The position numbers and the translations under genes are program-made. The notes under the pieces were generated by a model that saw only the letters and a program-made list of their open reading frames with translations, was not told where the DNA came from and made no database searches. From a virus (lineage: Duplodnaviria; Heunggongvirae; Uroviricota; Caudoviricetes), in the IMG/VR virus record IMGVR_UViG_2529293142_000025, positions 1 through 30,932 of that record: 30,932 nucleotides of DNA. One strand, given 5' to 3'. Positions 1 to 10,226 of the stretch are shown here, one piece after another (the first letter of the stretch is position 1; every line of letters starts with the position of its first letter).

Positions 1-335
1 CATCAGTTCGCCATGGGTAAATACCGGCACCCATCCGTCCATATGACGCCGCGATACCACCGCAAGACAGGGATGAATAATCGCATCGGTGTCATCTTCG
101 GTCAGGGAAGACAGTTCCTCAGCGATACGCGGGAGCATGGTTTCAAACACCGGTTTTAACTGCTCGAATTTCACGGTGTCGATTTTGCCATCAGCAGGCA
201 AACGGGAGCGAATGCTCCCGAAATCTGACATCATTCCCGCCAGTACCGGCAGAAGTTTGCGGGTCACTTTCAGCTGGTCAAAAACGCTGAGTTTTGCCGT
301 GCGATATTTCACACCTTTGATTTCGAATTCCATGT
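1..335 (-). CDS. phage tail-module protein, N-terminal part only (gene runs off the left edge of the window)
   Basis: ATG at 333-335 on minus strand with GGGGAG SD-like motif upstream; frame open to position 1 (MEFEIKGVKYRTAKLSVFDQLK...); absent from ORF track because no stop is in the window. Confidence 0.35.
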
Positions 336-336
336 A

Positions 337-777
337 TTAAAACTCCCCGAGAACCTGGTCAATCTTGCCGCAGTCAAACACCCACGGCATCGTATTACCG
401 GTTTTAGCGTTGGCGTTATCCGGTTGTTTCTGGAACGCAACACTGCGTGCCGTGATGATGTCGCCGCTGACCTTGTTGCGGATCACGATAACGTTATTCC
501 CCCATGTGGCAGAAGACTGGCTCTGTGCGTTATACGCCAGCGACAATTTTTTATTTGTCGGTGATGTCTTCAGAAGGTTAACGGTAATCGTCCCGCTTTT
601 TTCTGCATGGAGGCTGTGCATTACTTCACCATCAGCACCGATGGTCATGGTGTTTTTAGGACCGCCCATCGCAACCACAATCCCCTCTTCAGAACTTGCA
701 GAACCGTACCCGAGGTCAATCGAACCGGTCGGCCCGGTCAGCGTCGCAGTGACATCCATAAAAGAATAGGTAGACAT
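337..777 (-). CDS. putative tail tube protein (contractile-tail type)
   Basis: 146 aa ORF directly downstream of the sheath-like gene; size and position typical of a tube protein; family assignment from memory only. Confidence 0.4.
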   Translation of the reverse strand: MSTYSFMDVTATLTGPTGSIDLGYGSASSEEGIVVAMGGPKNTMTIGADGEVMHSLHAEKSGTITVNLLKTSPTNKKLSLAYNAQSQSSATWGNNVIVIRNKVSGDIITARSVAFQKQPDNANAKTGNTMPWVFDCGKIDQVLGEF

Positions 778-787
778 TCACTTCCCC

Positions 788-1933
788 TTAGCGAACAACG
801 TTAATCTGTACGTCAGCGTAATGAACCGCGCCTGCAAGTTTTATTGCAGCCTGAATCACCGGAGCCTTACGGGCTTCACGTTCTGATTGTGCCTGTTCAT
901 CCAGCGGCTGGGCGTATACGTAATAACCTTTGGGCAGTGTGTCACCTGATGACAACTGACCAAGGTCGCCCCCGTTCCATACACCCGGAGCAATCAGTCC
1001 ATTCTGAACGGCCTGATCCAGTGATTTTTCAACATTTGATAACAGTCGGGTAATACCGGCTTCAGTCTGGGGAACTTTCGTGGTGCTGGTATAAAGCAGG
1101 TTATAGAGGTTGGTCTGCACATAATTCTGTAACCAGTCCAGGCCGTGGCGTTCATCAAAGAAATCGCCGTTAGCCATCACTCCCTGCTGGAGGATAGCCG
1201 TATCATTCTGGTAGTACACGAATACATTGCAGTTTTTTGCATCAAGTGCCGATGCCTGGCTGACTGTCAGTGTTTCATACCCGACACCCGGCTCCTGCTT
1301 AAACTTGAGCGTAATCGCGGTATTACTGCCATTGAAATTAACCGTGAATGCCCGGCCAAATGCAGATAACGCAGCGTATTTATTACCCGATGAATACTGA
1401 ATAAAACTGCGTGAATATCCGGCATTTTTCAGTTTTGATGCCAAATCATCGCTGGATGCAGTCTGCAGGCATTTCTCATCGCTTGTCGTAATCGCCAGAA
1501 TACGGCTTACAGAAGAGGATTCGATCGCCGCAGCCACTTTCAGCCAGTCTGCATCCGGAATATCTTCATCGTCTGCAATCCCCAGCCCATACCATGAAGT
1601 ATAATCGAGCATGGCATTCACAGCCTGCTCCAGCGTCTCAGGCGTGGCCTGTTCGCTGTCTCCCTTCGTTTTCACCCAACGACCAACAAAAACCTCCTGA
1701 GGTTTCGGTGATTGAGAGAAAAACACCTGCGCAGCCTTATATTCTGGTGATTCCACGCCAAAATCTTTTCCAATATCTTCCGCGGCAGAATAACGGCGAA
1801 TGCGCTCACTTACCGGAATGATTGTGGACGGGCCGAGAATGAGTAATGCACCAAAATTTCGCCCTGATGCTGCACGCGGCGACATGATCACATCAACATT
1901 AACAACGTTTGATACAGGCAAGCCCTGTGCCAT
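788..1933 (-). CDS. putative tail sheath protein
   Basis: 381 aa ORF after the head-completion genes, followed by the tube-like ORF; resembles sheath proteins of PBSX-like contractile tails (memory-based). Confidence 0.4.
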   Translation of the reverse strand: MAQGLPVSNVVNVDVIMSPRAASGRNFGALLILGPSTIIPVSERIRRYSAAEDIGKDFGVESPEYKAAQVFFSQSPKPQEVFVGRWVKTKGDSEQATPETLEQAVNAMLDYTSWYGLGIADDEDIPDADWLKVAAAIESSSVSRILAITTSDEKCLQTASSDDLASKLKNAGYSRSFIQYSSGNKYAALSAFGRAFTVNFNGSNTAITLKFKQEPGVGYETLTVSQASALDAKNCNVFVYYQNDTAILQQGVMANGDFFDERHGLDWLQNYVQTNLYNLLYTSTTKVPQTEAGITRLLSNVEKSLDQAVQNGLIAPGVWNGGDLGQLSSGDTLPKGYYVYAQPLDEQAQSEREARKAPVIQAAIKLAGAVHYADVQINVVR

Positions 1934-1936
1934 AGC

Positions 1937-2563
1937 TTAATCTCCGAAAAAGATGACTGGTGCTTCCACCAGCGATTTAATACCGTACTCGCGCACAACC
2001 TTCCGGCGCAGACGCACCGTCATATCGTAGCGGCGGACCCATTGCTGATTAATAAGTTCAGGGAAGGGAGTCAGACCTGTGTAATCGCCAAGAGACAGCC
2101 CCAGCGCATTCAGTGCTGCGTTGTTCTGCGGTACAGATATACCGTCACGAAACCGGGACGCATACACCATCCCCGCCGGACCATAAAACGAAGCCATACA
2201 CTCAATCGTTTCATGCCGCCAGAGCTGAGAGCCATCATCGGTCTGTCTGGTGAATGCCGGACTGTCATCACCTGACCATCCGATAACCCCAAACGCACAC
2301 CAGTTCGTTTCAGCCGGTAGCAGTGGCGGCTGCTCTTTCTGCCAGCGCGGACGAACCATCCCGGCAGACAGACCGGAAACGTTACGCATCCACTGGCTTA
2401 ACAGCCTGTCGAGCGCTTCGTCATAATCCGGATCGCCACTGGTTGGTATCAGCCATCCGCGCTCTGTGCTGGTGTTATTGCTCAACCGGAGTTCCCCCAT
2501 CAAACGGCAGCAACTCACAATGCGCCTGAACGAATCCGACACCATAAGCTGTATACGGGTCAA
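1937..2563 (-). CDS. phage structural protein (neck/tail completion), start uncertain
   Basis: 208 aa ORF in structural operon; track start is TTG and overlaps the upstream gene by 89 nt; internal ATGs at about 2500 and 2392 are alternative starts. Confidence 0.35.
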   Translation of the reverse strand: MTRIQLMVSDSFRRIVSCCRLMGELRLSNNTSTERGWLIPTSGDPDYDEALDRLLSQWMRNVSGLSAGMVRPRWQKEQPPLLPAETNWCAFGVIGWSGDDSPAFTRQTDDGSQLWRHETIECMASFYGPAGMVYASRFRDGISVPQNNAALNALGLSLGDYTGLTPFPELINQQWVRRYDMTVRLRRKVVREYGIKSLVEAPVIFFGD

Positions 2564-2864
2564 CGAAGGTCACACGGTAATCACGGCCCTGATACGTCAC
2601 GATATCGGAATCACGGCCAGTCTGTCCCTGCGTCAGTCGCTCAGTCGTCACAATCAGAATTGCACCACTGATTACCTGCCCTGCCTGCATACGGCGGTTT
2701 TCCAGAGAGCGATCAACAGTTACGACTCCGGCAAACTGCTTTTTAACTTCACTGTCGCTGCCGATCCCGTCCTCATCCACCGTTTGCACTCGGCGTGTTA
2801 CCCACAAATTGAAGTCGCAAAAATCGGGGTCAAAAAGCACATCTGTTACATCAAGAGTCGGCAT
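2475..2864 (-). CDS. phage structural protein (head-tail joining region)
   Basis: 129 aa ORF, same strand and tight spacing within structural operon. Confidence 0.4.
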   Translation of the reverse strand: MPTLDVTDVLFDPDFCDFNLWVTRRVQTVDEDGIGSDSEVKKQFAGVVTVDRSLENRRMQAGQVISGAILIVTTERLTQGQTGRDSDIVTYQGRDYRVTFVDPYTAYGVGFVQAHCELLPFDGGTPVEQ

Positions 2865-3405
2865 CTTTATCCCTCACAACATGGGTAATGGCTCTGCGAT
2901 ATTGCCCGGTGTCAATTAATGGTTTCGCCAGATCGGTTCCCGGAGATTCGCCAGCAGCACGCCGGGCAAGTTCCAGTGTTGCCCCCTTGCGCCCCCGACG
3001 AGCCCGGGCTTCAACAGTGCTGTCAGCAAGCGGCGTAAAGCCGGTAATGGTCATGTAACGCCTGACGCCATTAGCGGCCAGCGTTCCGGCACGGTTGAGT
3101 GCGCGTTCTGCTCCCGCAGCATTACCATCAAGTGCAGCCTGCGCCGCGGCTTTGAGCTGCGGCACCGTCTGCTCTTCTGCCGATTTAACGCCGGGGACCA
3201 GGTGAGGTCGTGGCGGGATGTTCTGCTCTGGTGAGCCGTATTCGTTGAGGTAACCGATGCCCGCATTACCAAACGGAACATCATCCCGCCCGCTGTCTTC
3301 CGAAGGGATGCCGACCAGCACATCTTTTTTGGTTAACGACCTGAGCGCATCCAGAATGGCCTTAGCGTTATCCACCCTCGTTGTTACACCGCTTTTGAAA
3401 CTCAT
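2851..3405 (-). CDS. phage structural protein (head-tail joining region)
   Basis: 184 aa ORF; ATGA-type coupling to the upstream gene at 3402-3405. Confidence 0.4.
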   Translation of the reverse strand: MSFKSGVTTRVDNAKAILDALRSLTKKDVLVGIPSEDSGRDDVPFGNAGIGYLNEYGSPEQNIPPRPHLVPGVKSAEEQTVPQLKAAAQAALDGNAAGAERALNRAGTLAANGVRRYMTITGFTPLADSTVEARARRGRKGATLELARRAAGESPGTDLAKPLIDTGQYRRAITHVVRDKDADS

Positions 3406-3809
3406 AGCTGGCGACCGCCTGCACCGAACATCGTGATCAACTGATAAAATTCAGCGCCATATCGGGTGTTATTCCAGAAGCCTGCATCAGGATTCAGCGT
3501 CGCGCTGATGTCATAACTGACACTTACCTTGTCAACGGACTTTGAGGACTGAACACCATTGGTTGAGCCGCCAGGGCCACCAGCCAGCATCGCCCTGCTG
3601 TCAGCCGCCCAGAGCGTCATGTAGTGCGCAACGAACAATCCGGCAAAGTACGGAAACAACTTTTTGCCGGTGACGTTTTCGCTCAGCAGTTCATCTGCCA
3701 GATTCAGACGAAACTGGATTTGCGCTTCGGGATATTTGGCAGGGTCAGCAAACTGCGGGAAGTCGCGGCGAAAATCACTTACCGCTGGCAGACTTTGATT
3801 CTTTGGCAT
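3402..3809 (-). CDS. phage structural protein (head completion/connector-like)
   Basis: 135 aa ORF within operon. Confidence 0.4.
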   Translation of the reverse strand: MPKNQSLPAVSDFRRDFPQFADPAKYPEAQIQFRLNLADELLSENVTGKKLFPYFAGLFVAHYMTLWAADSRAMLAGGPGGSTNGVQSSKSVDKVSVSYDISATLNPDAGFWNNTRYGAEFYQLITMFGAGGRQL

Positions 3810-3996
3810 TTTTTACCTCGTTACGCGCGTCTGTGGCTTTGCCAACGGATACTTCCGCGTGCGCACGAGTGAACCAGTGCGTGGCAACGTCTTCCTCCAC
3901 AGCATGACGGCCTTTAACAAACTCGCGCCGTGAACCGTCGGGAAGCGTGAGCACAAACGGGGTATGTACGTGTATTACTGCATTATTTTTTGCCAT
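3775..3996 (-). CDS. small phage protein downstream of capsid gene
   Basis: 73 aa ORF between major capsid gene and head-completion genes. Confidence 0.3.
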   Translation of the reverse strand: MAKNNAVIHVHTPFVLTLPDGSRREFVKGRHAVEEDVATHWFTRAHAEVSVGKATDARNEVKNAKESKSASGK

Positions 3997-4037
3997 CGGG
4001 TCATCCTTAATGGCCCCGCCAGGGGGCCATATGGCTG

Positions 4038-4979
4038 TTAAATGCCATCAACGTACGAAATGGTTTCTTTGTACACTGGCTCGACTGCACCCAGCTTGCC
4101 GTAGTAAGTGACGATCTGATACAGACCGCGATACTGCACCGGCACGCTCTGAAGCGGAACCAGCGGGTAGCGGACGTATTTTTTATCGTTGGTGTACGCA
4201 ACCATGCGATCCTTATTCCCCACACCACGGCCTTTCAGCCATTTAACCGCGCGGATATTCAGCGGAACACCGTTCTGGTGATAGCTGATGGTGTTGGTCT
4301 GAAGGTACGTCAACAGGGACTGGTTACCCGCAGATGAAACGATGATGCTGGACAACAGAGCAAACTGCTCAGGCGGGATCAGCAAATCACGCGGAACCAC
4401 AGAGTAACCGGAAGCGGCCCACGCATCAGACAGCACCTGGTTAATGCTTGCGCGGATTTCGTCCGGTGTTGAGGTTGCCCACGTTTTGGCAGCGTTGTTG
4501 ACAGGCACACCGTCCAGGGTAACAAGACCTTTCAGGTTTAATGCGGAATCGCCAACATATACCTGTTCATCGTTATCCATCTGCCATTTCAGTTGCATAC
4601 CGTCATACTTCTGCGTATCAATCGGGCGGCCGACCTGCTGAGCAGCCTGCAATTCTATGACCGTCCAGCCAAGTTCCATCCCCCACAGGTTCAGCGGGTT
4701 ACCGGATTTGCCGATATCCACGTTCACGCCAGCAATAGCGGTTGAGTCTTTGCCTACCCAGTTTTTGCCATTCGGATTTGCACCAGTACCCGCAGCGGCG
4801 AAGCTGGTATTCGTCCAGCTGGAAATGTCATCTGCGATGGAGACATCTTCACGCAGTTGGATATCGCGGGTCCAGGTGTACCCCACCAGTGGCAGGTTCA
4901 GCGTCTGGTCGAGTCGCTCCAGCTCCCCGATGAGAAAGGCACCAGAGCTGTCAACGGTTGCCTGATCAAAAGTAATCAT
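4038..4979 (-). CDS. putative major capsid protein
   Basis: 313 aa ORF in the expected position after scaffold-like and decoration-like genes; typical size. Confidence 0.5.
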   Translation of the reverse strand: MITFDQATVDSSGAFLIGELERLDQTLNLPLVGYTWTRDIQLREDVSIADDISSWTNTSFAAAGTGANPNGKNWVGKDSTAIAGVNVDIGKSGNPLNLWGMELGWTVIELQAAQQVGRPIDTQKYDGMQLKWQMDNDEQVYVGDSALNLKGLVTLDGVPVNNAAKTWATSTPDEIRASINQVLSDAWAASGYSVVPRDLLIPPEQFALLSSIIVSSAGNQSLLTYLQTNTISYHQNGVPLNIRAVKWLKGRGVGNKDRMVAYTNDKKYVRYPLVPLQSVPVQYRGLYQIVTYYGKLGAVEPVYKETISYVDGI

Positions 4980-4990
4980 TCGTCTGTTCC

Positions 4991-5416
4991 TTAAATCTTC
5001 CAGGAAATTTCTGCATTGCCGTCAGCATCACCGGCACCTGTGAATTCAGCGTTGGTCAGCACCACGTTTTTGCCACTGACTGACGTGGCCATGAATCCAC
5101 CCAGCGGCACTTTGATGGATTCATCAGTGGAGACGACAACGTATACCGGGTCGCCTTTTTTGATGGTGCTGGCATCAAAATCAGAACCGAGATTAACGGT
5201 CACGTAGCCACGCTTCATTGCGTCGCCCGGGAAGTTCTTGCCACTCCCCACCTGGCGAACCATGTCCGGCTGCGAAGTGGTCGGATAAGGGCGCACATAG
5301 ATCCCCTTCACCTTGTCTGCGGTATCACCATCTGCCAGCGGCACGAAAAAACCGTCATCATCGTATTTACCAGCCAGCCCATAGGCAGCAAAGGCGTTAT
5401 CGGATTTAAGGACCAC
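4991..5416 (-). CDS. phage head protein (decoration/structural-like)
   Basis: 141 aa ORF immediately upstream of capsid gene. Confidence 0.4.
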   Translation of the reverse strand: MVLKSDNAFAAYGLAGKYDDDGFFVPLADGDTADKVKGIYVRPYPTTSQPDMVRQVGSGKNFPGDAMKRGYVTVNLGSDFDASTIKKGDPVYVVVSTDESIKVPLGGFMATSVSGKNVVLTNAEFTGAGDADGNAEISWKI

Positions 5417-5498
5417 CGGTTCGACGGTTAAGTCCTGCGGGCGAGAGACAGCCCGGCAATGCCAACAGGCATCCGGTACAGAAATACATTATTCATTT

Positions 5499-6373
5499 TT
5501 ACCCTTTACGGTTTGCCCAGAATTCGGCGTTTTGTTTGTTCAGGGAAGCGATACTGGTCATGCCCATGTTTGGGCGCTGTGCATCGCCGGTGGTGGCGCG
5601 GGTGTTTCGCCCTTTGGCAATCTCAGACACGGCATTAAACGCCATGTCGACCGATTGTTTCGGTAATTTGCGGATATCCGCATCACCGACTATCTGGCGA
5701 ACCAGCGTTTTGTCAGCAGAAGCCAGAACCTCACGTTTGAACGCGGTCGGTTTCATCTTACGGCTCAGATCAATACCCGGAACAATAACTTCGGCACGCC
5801 AGGCTGCGTCACCAGTAATCGTGGTTTCCTCTTCATCGTCCTCGCCGTCACCGGTCGGATTATCGTCAGGCTTATTATCGTTATCGCCCGTGGCATTTCC
5901 TTCCAGCTTAGCCAGCAGGGCTTTCAGTAATGTTTTGAGGTCATCATCACTGTCGCCGGTTGGGCCTCCCCCATCTCTGGTGCTTTGTCCGGTAGTGGTT
6001 GCTGCGGGGACAGGTTGATATTGAGATTAACGCCCTGCGGCAAATCCCCCTCATCTCCTGTAACCGATGCGGGAGCCGACTCCACCAGTTCGTTCATGGT
6101 GTCGGCATCTCCTGTCTTGATGGCCGCACGCATGCGGTTCCACCAGTTTTTCTTTTGATTTGCCATTGTGTCTCTGTCTCCAATTGCACAACGATTTCCG
6201 GCTCTGCCTTTAGGGACAAGAGCCACATGGTTTCCGGTAATATCGACCTGCTCAGCTTTACCTGGCTCGGTCTGCTCGTACTCCGCGTCATAGCCGCACG
6301 ACACTTCGCGCAGGCCATCTTCGATAAGCTGAATGGCGTTTTCGTCTTTGACGATAAGGTCAGCCAGCATCAA
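5499..6373 (-). pseudogene. head-assembly (scaffold-like) gene with a reading-frame break
   Basis: 149 aa ORF (5924..6373) ends at TGA, but a second frame with an acidic scaffold-like stretch (DNDNKPDDNPTGDGEDDEEETT) is open from 6026 down to 5499 with no start codon before ATG 5756; frames would join with one extra base in the C5 run at 5968-5972. Confidence 0.35.
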
Positions 6374-6717
6374 ATCAGACTGCTCACCGTCCCGCGCCGG
6401 ACATTCTGGAGGTGCCCGACAGCAAGCTCTTTCCAGTTCTCGGGATTTACCAGCCGCACATTCCCGTTTTCATCTTCAGGATGCAGAATCGTGATGCTCA
6501 TCCCTTCGAATGAGGCAAGCGTGGCCGGATGGAATACCTGCTCAGGAGAACGCGTGACGACTATTTCACCGAACTTATCGGGTTTCAGTTTTGGCAGGTC
6601 ATCAGCACCATAGAGCTGCTTACCTGTTCGTCCTATCGGCACGTCTTTGCACAGCAACGAGCCGTCAGCCAGCTGATAGCGGGTTTCCCCCAGCCGGGTA
6701 TTGAAAAAATATTTCAT
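6370..6717 (-). CDS. phage head-assembly protein (may belong to the same gene family as the adjacent ORF)
   Basis: 115 aa ORF, ATGA overlap with the 149 aa ORF. Confidence 0.35.
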   Translation of the reverse strand: MKYFFNTRLGETRYQLADGSLLCKDVPIGRTGKQLYGADDLPKLKPDKFGEIVVTRSPEQVFHPATLASFEGMSITILHPEDENGNVRLVNPENWKELAVGHLQNVRRGTVSSLI

Positions 6718-6731
6718 GTGTTACCTGCGAT

Positions 6732-7505
6732 TCAGGCGGGATAAGAATGGGAGGTGGGAAAAACGATTTCTTTATAACAGCGACAATTCGGGAGCTCGCC
6801 AGCGTGACCGGTCATGCCATCAAGCGTTGGAGGTTTGCCCCATTCGACAAATTTACCTTCCATTTCCCGATGAGAATGCCTGACGTCACCATCTTCGGCT
6901 GTACGCCAGATATAACCATTCGAACCAATTGCCAGCGCACGCGCCTGATCCAGCGCGCCGGTTGCACGTCCAAGTTCAGTACGGGCAATCAGGTCAGCTC
7001 TGGACTTTGCTATATCACCCGATGCGGCTATTTCTTTAGCAAAATGTTCCGCTCTCCCACCGGTCACAACAGCTTCAATCGCCCGATTCTGGATGTCGTA
7101 CACCCTGTCAGCCGCCTCGAGGGGTAGCGATTTAATGTACTTAACCTGTTCAGCAACGATGGATTTCATCACCTGCCCTGGCGGGGCACTGTTTACCAGA
7201 TTGCGTAGCTCACGGCTGATGGTTTTGCTGTGTTTACGCCACTGCTCATCATTCTTGCGCACAATATCGGCGGTAAAGTTTTCCGCGACCTTTGTCGCCC
7301 AGGGGGTGATGATTTCACTGTAGCGTTCCAGCGCCTCAATAATTTCCGTGATACTGTCATTTGAACCATCGTAGTGACCATTTACGATGTCCCCTACCGC
7401 CCGCGCTATCCTGCGTAGGCTGGTTCGATACCGGATTTCCGCCTGACGGTTCCTGCGGTTCGTCATCAGGTTCGCCGATGCCGGGCGGCGCTTCATCTTC
7501 GGCAT
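6732..7505 (-). CDS. head morphogenesis protein, Mu F-like
   Basis: C-terminal motif ...WRTAEDGDVRHSHREMEGKFVEWGKP...GHAGELPNCRCY typical of F-like minor head proteins; located after portal; start uncertain (all ATG starts overlap portal by over 100 nt). Confidence 0.55.
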   Translation of the reverse strand: MPKMKRRPASANLMTNRRNRQAEIRYRTSLRRIARAVGDIVNGHYDGSNDSITEIIEALERYSEIITPWATKVAENFTADIVRKNDEQWRKHSKTISRELRNLVNSAPPGQVMKSIVAEQVKYIKSLPLEAADRVYDIQNRAIEAVVTGGRAEHFAKEIAASGDIAKSRADLIARTELGRATGALDQARALAIGSNGYIWRTAEDGDVRHSHREMEGKFVEWGKPPTLDGMTGHAGELPNCRCYKEIVFPTSHSYPA

Positions 7506-8823
7506 TCTCGATGTCCTCGTCGGTAATGGATGCCCCGATGCCGGTTACGTCAGAATTTTCTCGCAAATCAGTCATAGCGGCCTTCAGTGTCATCAGACCA
7601 TCACCCAGCGCTGTACTGATTGCGTTGGTAGTGTTTAACGCCACCGTTGAGCGATCGACATCAGACATTTGCCAGAGCGGGTTAAACTCAAACGTGAAAT
7701 CGTCCGGCAGCGGCTTGCCAAGCTCCGAACGATGCATGATGTCCAGTATCCGCCGCACCGGAAGACGTAAACGCCTCTCCTGCAACGAACTGATGCGGTC
7801 GTAATAGTTGGCAAGGTCTGCATCACCGGTAGAAAATCCTTTCGGGGACTGTCCGAACAACCGCACCAGTGGGATACCAACAGCGCCACTAATCTGTTCT
7901 GCAAACTGTGATAGGATGTCATCCAGACCACTGAAGCTGTACTGATGCGTTTCAAACTTATCCCGCGAGTCCATGAGCGTCATGCCTTCATTGCTCTGGA
8001 ACTGTCGAATCAGGTCGATATTCTTCAGCAACGCTTCATACGCAGGACCACCAAGTGCGATAAGCTCGCGTAGCTTCTCCACGCTGTAGGTACGCAAATG
8101 CGCTTTGTAGACCAGCTGCGCCGCGCCGACAGTAGCGCTGTCGAACGCGGTAAGACGATCCCAGATACGCTCTACAACCGACATTCCCCATTCGTTCTCG
8201 GTCATCTTCTGCTGAAATGGCAGCGTGACGCCATCAAAGCGAATCAGTCGACTGTGATGAATGCGCCAGGCAGGAATTCCCGTTGCTGTGGTCACCACAT
8301 CGTAAAACTCAGGTTTACCCAGGTCCGGCCCCATATCTTTAATGCGGCGGGTCAGTACCGGGTCAATCATCCAGCGGTCGAGCGGGAGAATCCCCTTAAA
8401 CTTGCCCTTACCGATGGTTTCGGGTCGCAGCGGGGTCATTGGTGCCTGCCCCTCAATCATGATGAAACCCACCGCGCCGCCGTAGAGACGCGACCATTTC
8501 AGCACGTCATTCAGCGCATCCCAGATTTGCAACTCATCCAGTTGTGATTCGAGAATGCCACGATCTTTTGCATCAATTTCCGAAGTGATGCGAATGCCTT
8601 TGCGGGTCATATCATCCGGGATAGCATCGACTGCTTCGCCGATGATCCAGGATGAACGATAGGACCATTCCACCAGCATGCGGTTACGACTGGTGAAATT
8701 AGCCCGGTAGGTGGATGCTGAGTGCTGGTTAGGTGTCTGCATCCCTACGCGGGCAATAAAATTCTCATAACCATCAGCTGTGGCCTGCGCAGTTCGCCGC
8801 AGGGCTTGTTTGTTTCGTGCCAT
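7357..8823 (-). CDS. portal protein
   Basis: 488 aa ORF immediately after terminase large subunit, acidic C-terminus; start shares position 8823 with terminase stop. Confidence 0.6.
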   Translation of the reverse strand: MARNKQALRRTAQATADGYENFIARVGMQTPNQHSASTYRANFTSRNRMLVEWSYRSSWIIGEAVDAIPDDMTRKGIRITSEIDAKDRGILESQLDELQIWDALNDVLKWSRLYGGAVGFIMIEGQAPMTPLRPETIGKGKFKGILPLDRWMIDPVLTRRIKDMGPDLGKPEFYDVVTTATGIPAWRIHHSRLIRFDGVTLPFQQKMTENEWGMSVVERIWDRLTAFDSATVGAAQLVYKAHLRTYSVEKLRELIALGGPAYEALLKNIDLIRQFQSNEGMTLMDSRDKFETHQYSFSGLDDILSQFAEQISGAVGIPLVRLFGQSPKGFSTGDADLANYYDRISSLQERRLRLPVRRILDIMHRSELGKPLPDDFTFEFNPLWQMSDVDRSTVALNTTNAISTALGDGLMTLKAAMTDLRENSDVTGIGASITDEDIENAEDEAPPGIGEPDDEPQEPSGGNPVSNQPTQDSAGGRGHRKWSLRWFK

Positions 8824-10226
8824 CAGGCCTGTCTCCCCAGCTGTTCCCAGATATCCAGCGATGTATCAATTGGCGCGAAGGCCATAATGAATGCGTCAGC
8901 AACGTTTGGTGACGGTATCTCGCGTTTTGCGAGGTCTTTTTTACTTTCGACCATCACACGTCCGTTACGGTCAAAATCGCGATGAGGTGTTGTCAGTTCC
9001 AGTTTCAGCTTTTCAAGCAACGGACAACGAGAATCTATGCTGATCAGCTCATCCACAGGATACTGTTCTCCGTTGTTAATGGCGTTAAACGTATTTCTGA
9101 AACGGTCAGCCACCAGCCACCATGCCTGAGCCTTAAGATTTGCGAAAAAGTCTTTGTTGGGGATGCCGTTGTATTCGTCATCTGGCTCATGCACACCAGC
9201 ACCGGCGTTAAACCTCTGGTAATTCACACGTCTCGCGTATGCATTCTCGCTCTTCCGGTCAGCGTTAATTTCAGAGAATTTAGCACCGGCAGACGCACCA
9301 ACACCGATAGAGTCGTAAACAATTTCTGCTTCACGCTCCAGCGCCGCCTGATAAGTACGCTGGCAGCTCTTCAGTAATTCATCTTCTTTGGCCTTCCATT
9401 CGTCGGCCCAGAAAACAACGGATCCGTGACGGTAAACGTTAGCGCACTTATCTGTACCACTGTCAGCCACGTCAAAGCCAATACGCTTTCTTCCACTGGG
9501 TTCGAAATTTAACGTTTTGTGCGCATCCACTGCGGCTTCTATCCAGGACAGTTTGATGATTGCCGCATCATCATCAGACTCCGGAACGCCCTCATACACA
9601 TGTTTAAAACCATCCGGATCACGGCGTCGCGCCGCGTCGATAACCTTAAGCATGGTGTCAGACAGAAACGGATTTTCGTCATAGTTAATTTTGCGGATGA
9701 GAGTGCCTTCGGGCGGATCAACAACGAAGTTGCGCCAGACGAAATCAGTAACAAGTCCGGGATTGAATATGAACCAGCATTCCGAACCCTCTTTACGGAT
9801 CGTTGGCTCCAGAATTTTCCACTGGTATTCCGTCAGTGCGTGGGCTTCTTCCAGCCACAACACATCGATCCCCTCCAGTGACTTAATTTCTTCGATGTTG
9901 CGCCATAATCCATAAAAAACAAATTCCGAGCCAGTAACCCGGTTAATGATTTTGTTGTTCAGAATACGGAAACGGTGCCGCAGGCCAAACCTGTCTATCT
10001 GAATTTTGAGCAGGGTATACACCGACTCTTCGATTTTGTTCTGGATCTGACGGGCACAACAAAAACGCAGGGTGTATTTATTCGACAGAAATATGGCAAT
10101 ACCAGCGGCATCCCATGATTTTGACGATGACCGGCCACCATAAAGCACTTTGTTACGTGCCCGCGTAGTCCAGAAACTACGTAAAGCCGGATTAAGCGTC
10201 GGTTTGGATGTCAGAGTAGAAGTCAT
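8823..10226 (-). CDS. terminase large subunit
   Basis: Walker A-like YGGRSSSKS near N-terminus, about 470 aa; start chosen at ATG 10224-10226 (alternative ATG at 10244); the longer track ORF start is probably not used. Confidence 0.8.
   Translation of the reverse strand: MTSTLTSKPTLNPALRSFWTTRARNKVLYGGRSSSKSWDAAGIAIFLSNKYTLRFCCARQIQNKIEESVYTLLKIQIDRFGLRHRFRILNNKIINRVTGSEFVFYGLWRNIEEIKSLEGIDVLWLEEAHALTEYQWKILEPTIRKEGSECWFIFNPGLVTDFVWRNFVVDPPEGTLIRKINYDENPFLSDTMLKVIDAARRRDPDGFKHVYEGVPESDDDAAIIKLSWIEAAVDAHKTLNFEPSGRKRIGFDVADSGTDKCANVYRHGSVVFWADEWKAKEDELLKSCQRTYQAALEREAEIVYDSIGVGASAGAKFSEINADRKSENAYARRVNYQRFNAGAGVHEPDDEYNGIPNKDFFANLKAQAWWLVADRFRNTFNAINNGEQYPVDELISIDSRCPLLEKLKLELTTPHRDFDRNGRVMVESKKDLAKREIPSPNVADAFIMAFAPIDTSLDIWEQLGRQA

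Noticed and set aside
5536-6018. 160 aa plus-strand ORF rich in Ser/Pro/Val
   Set aside because: Antisense shadow of the acidic scaffold-like coding region on the minus strand; low-complexity translation, no SD.
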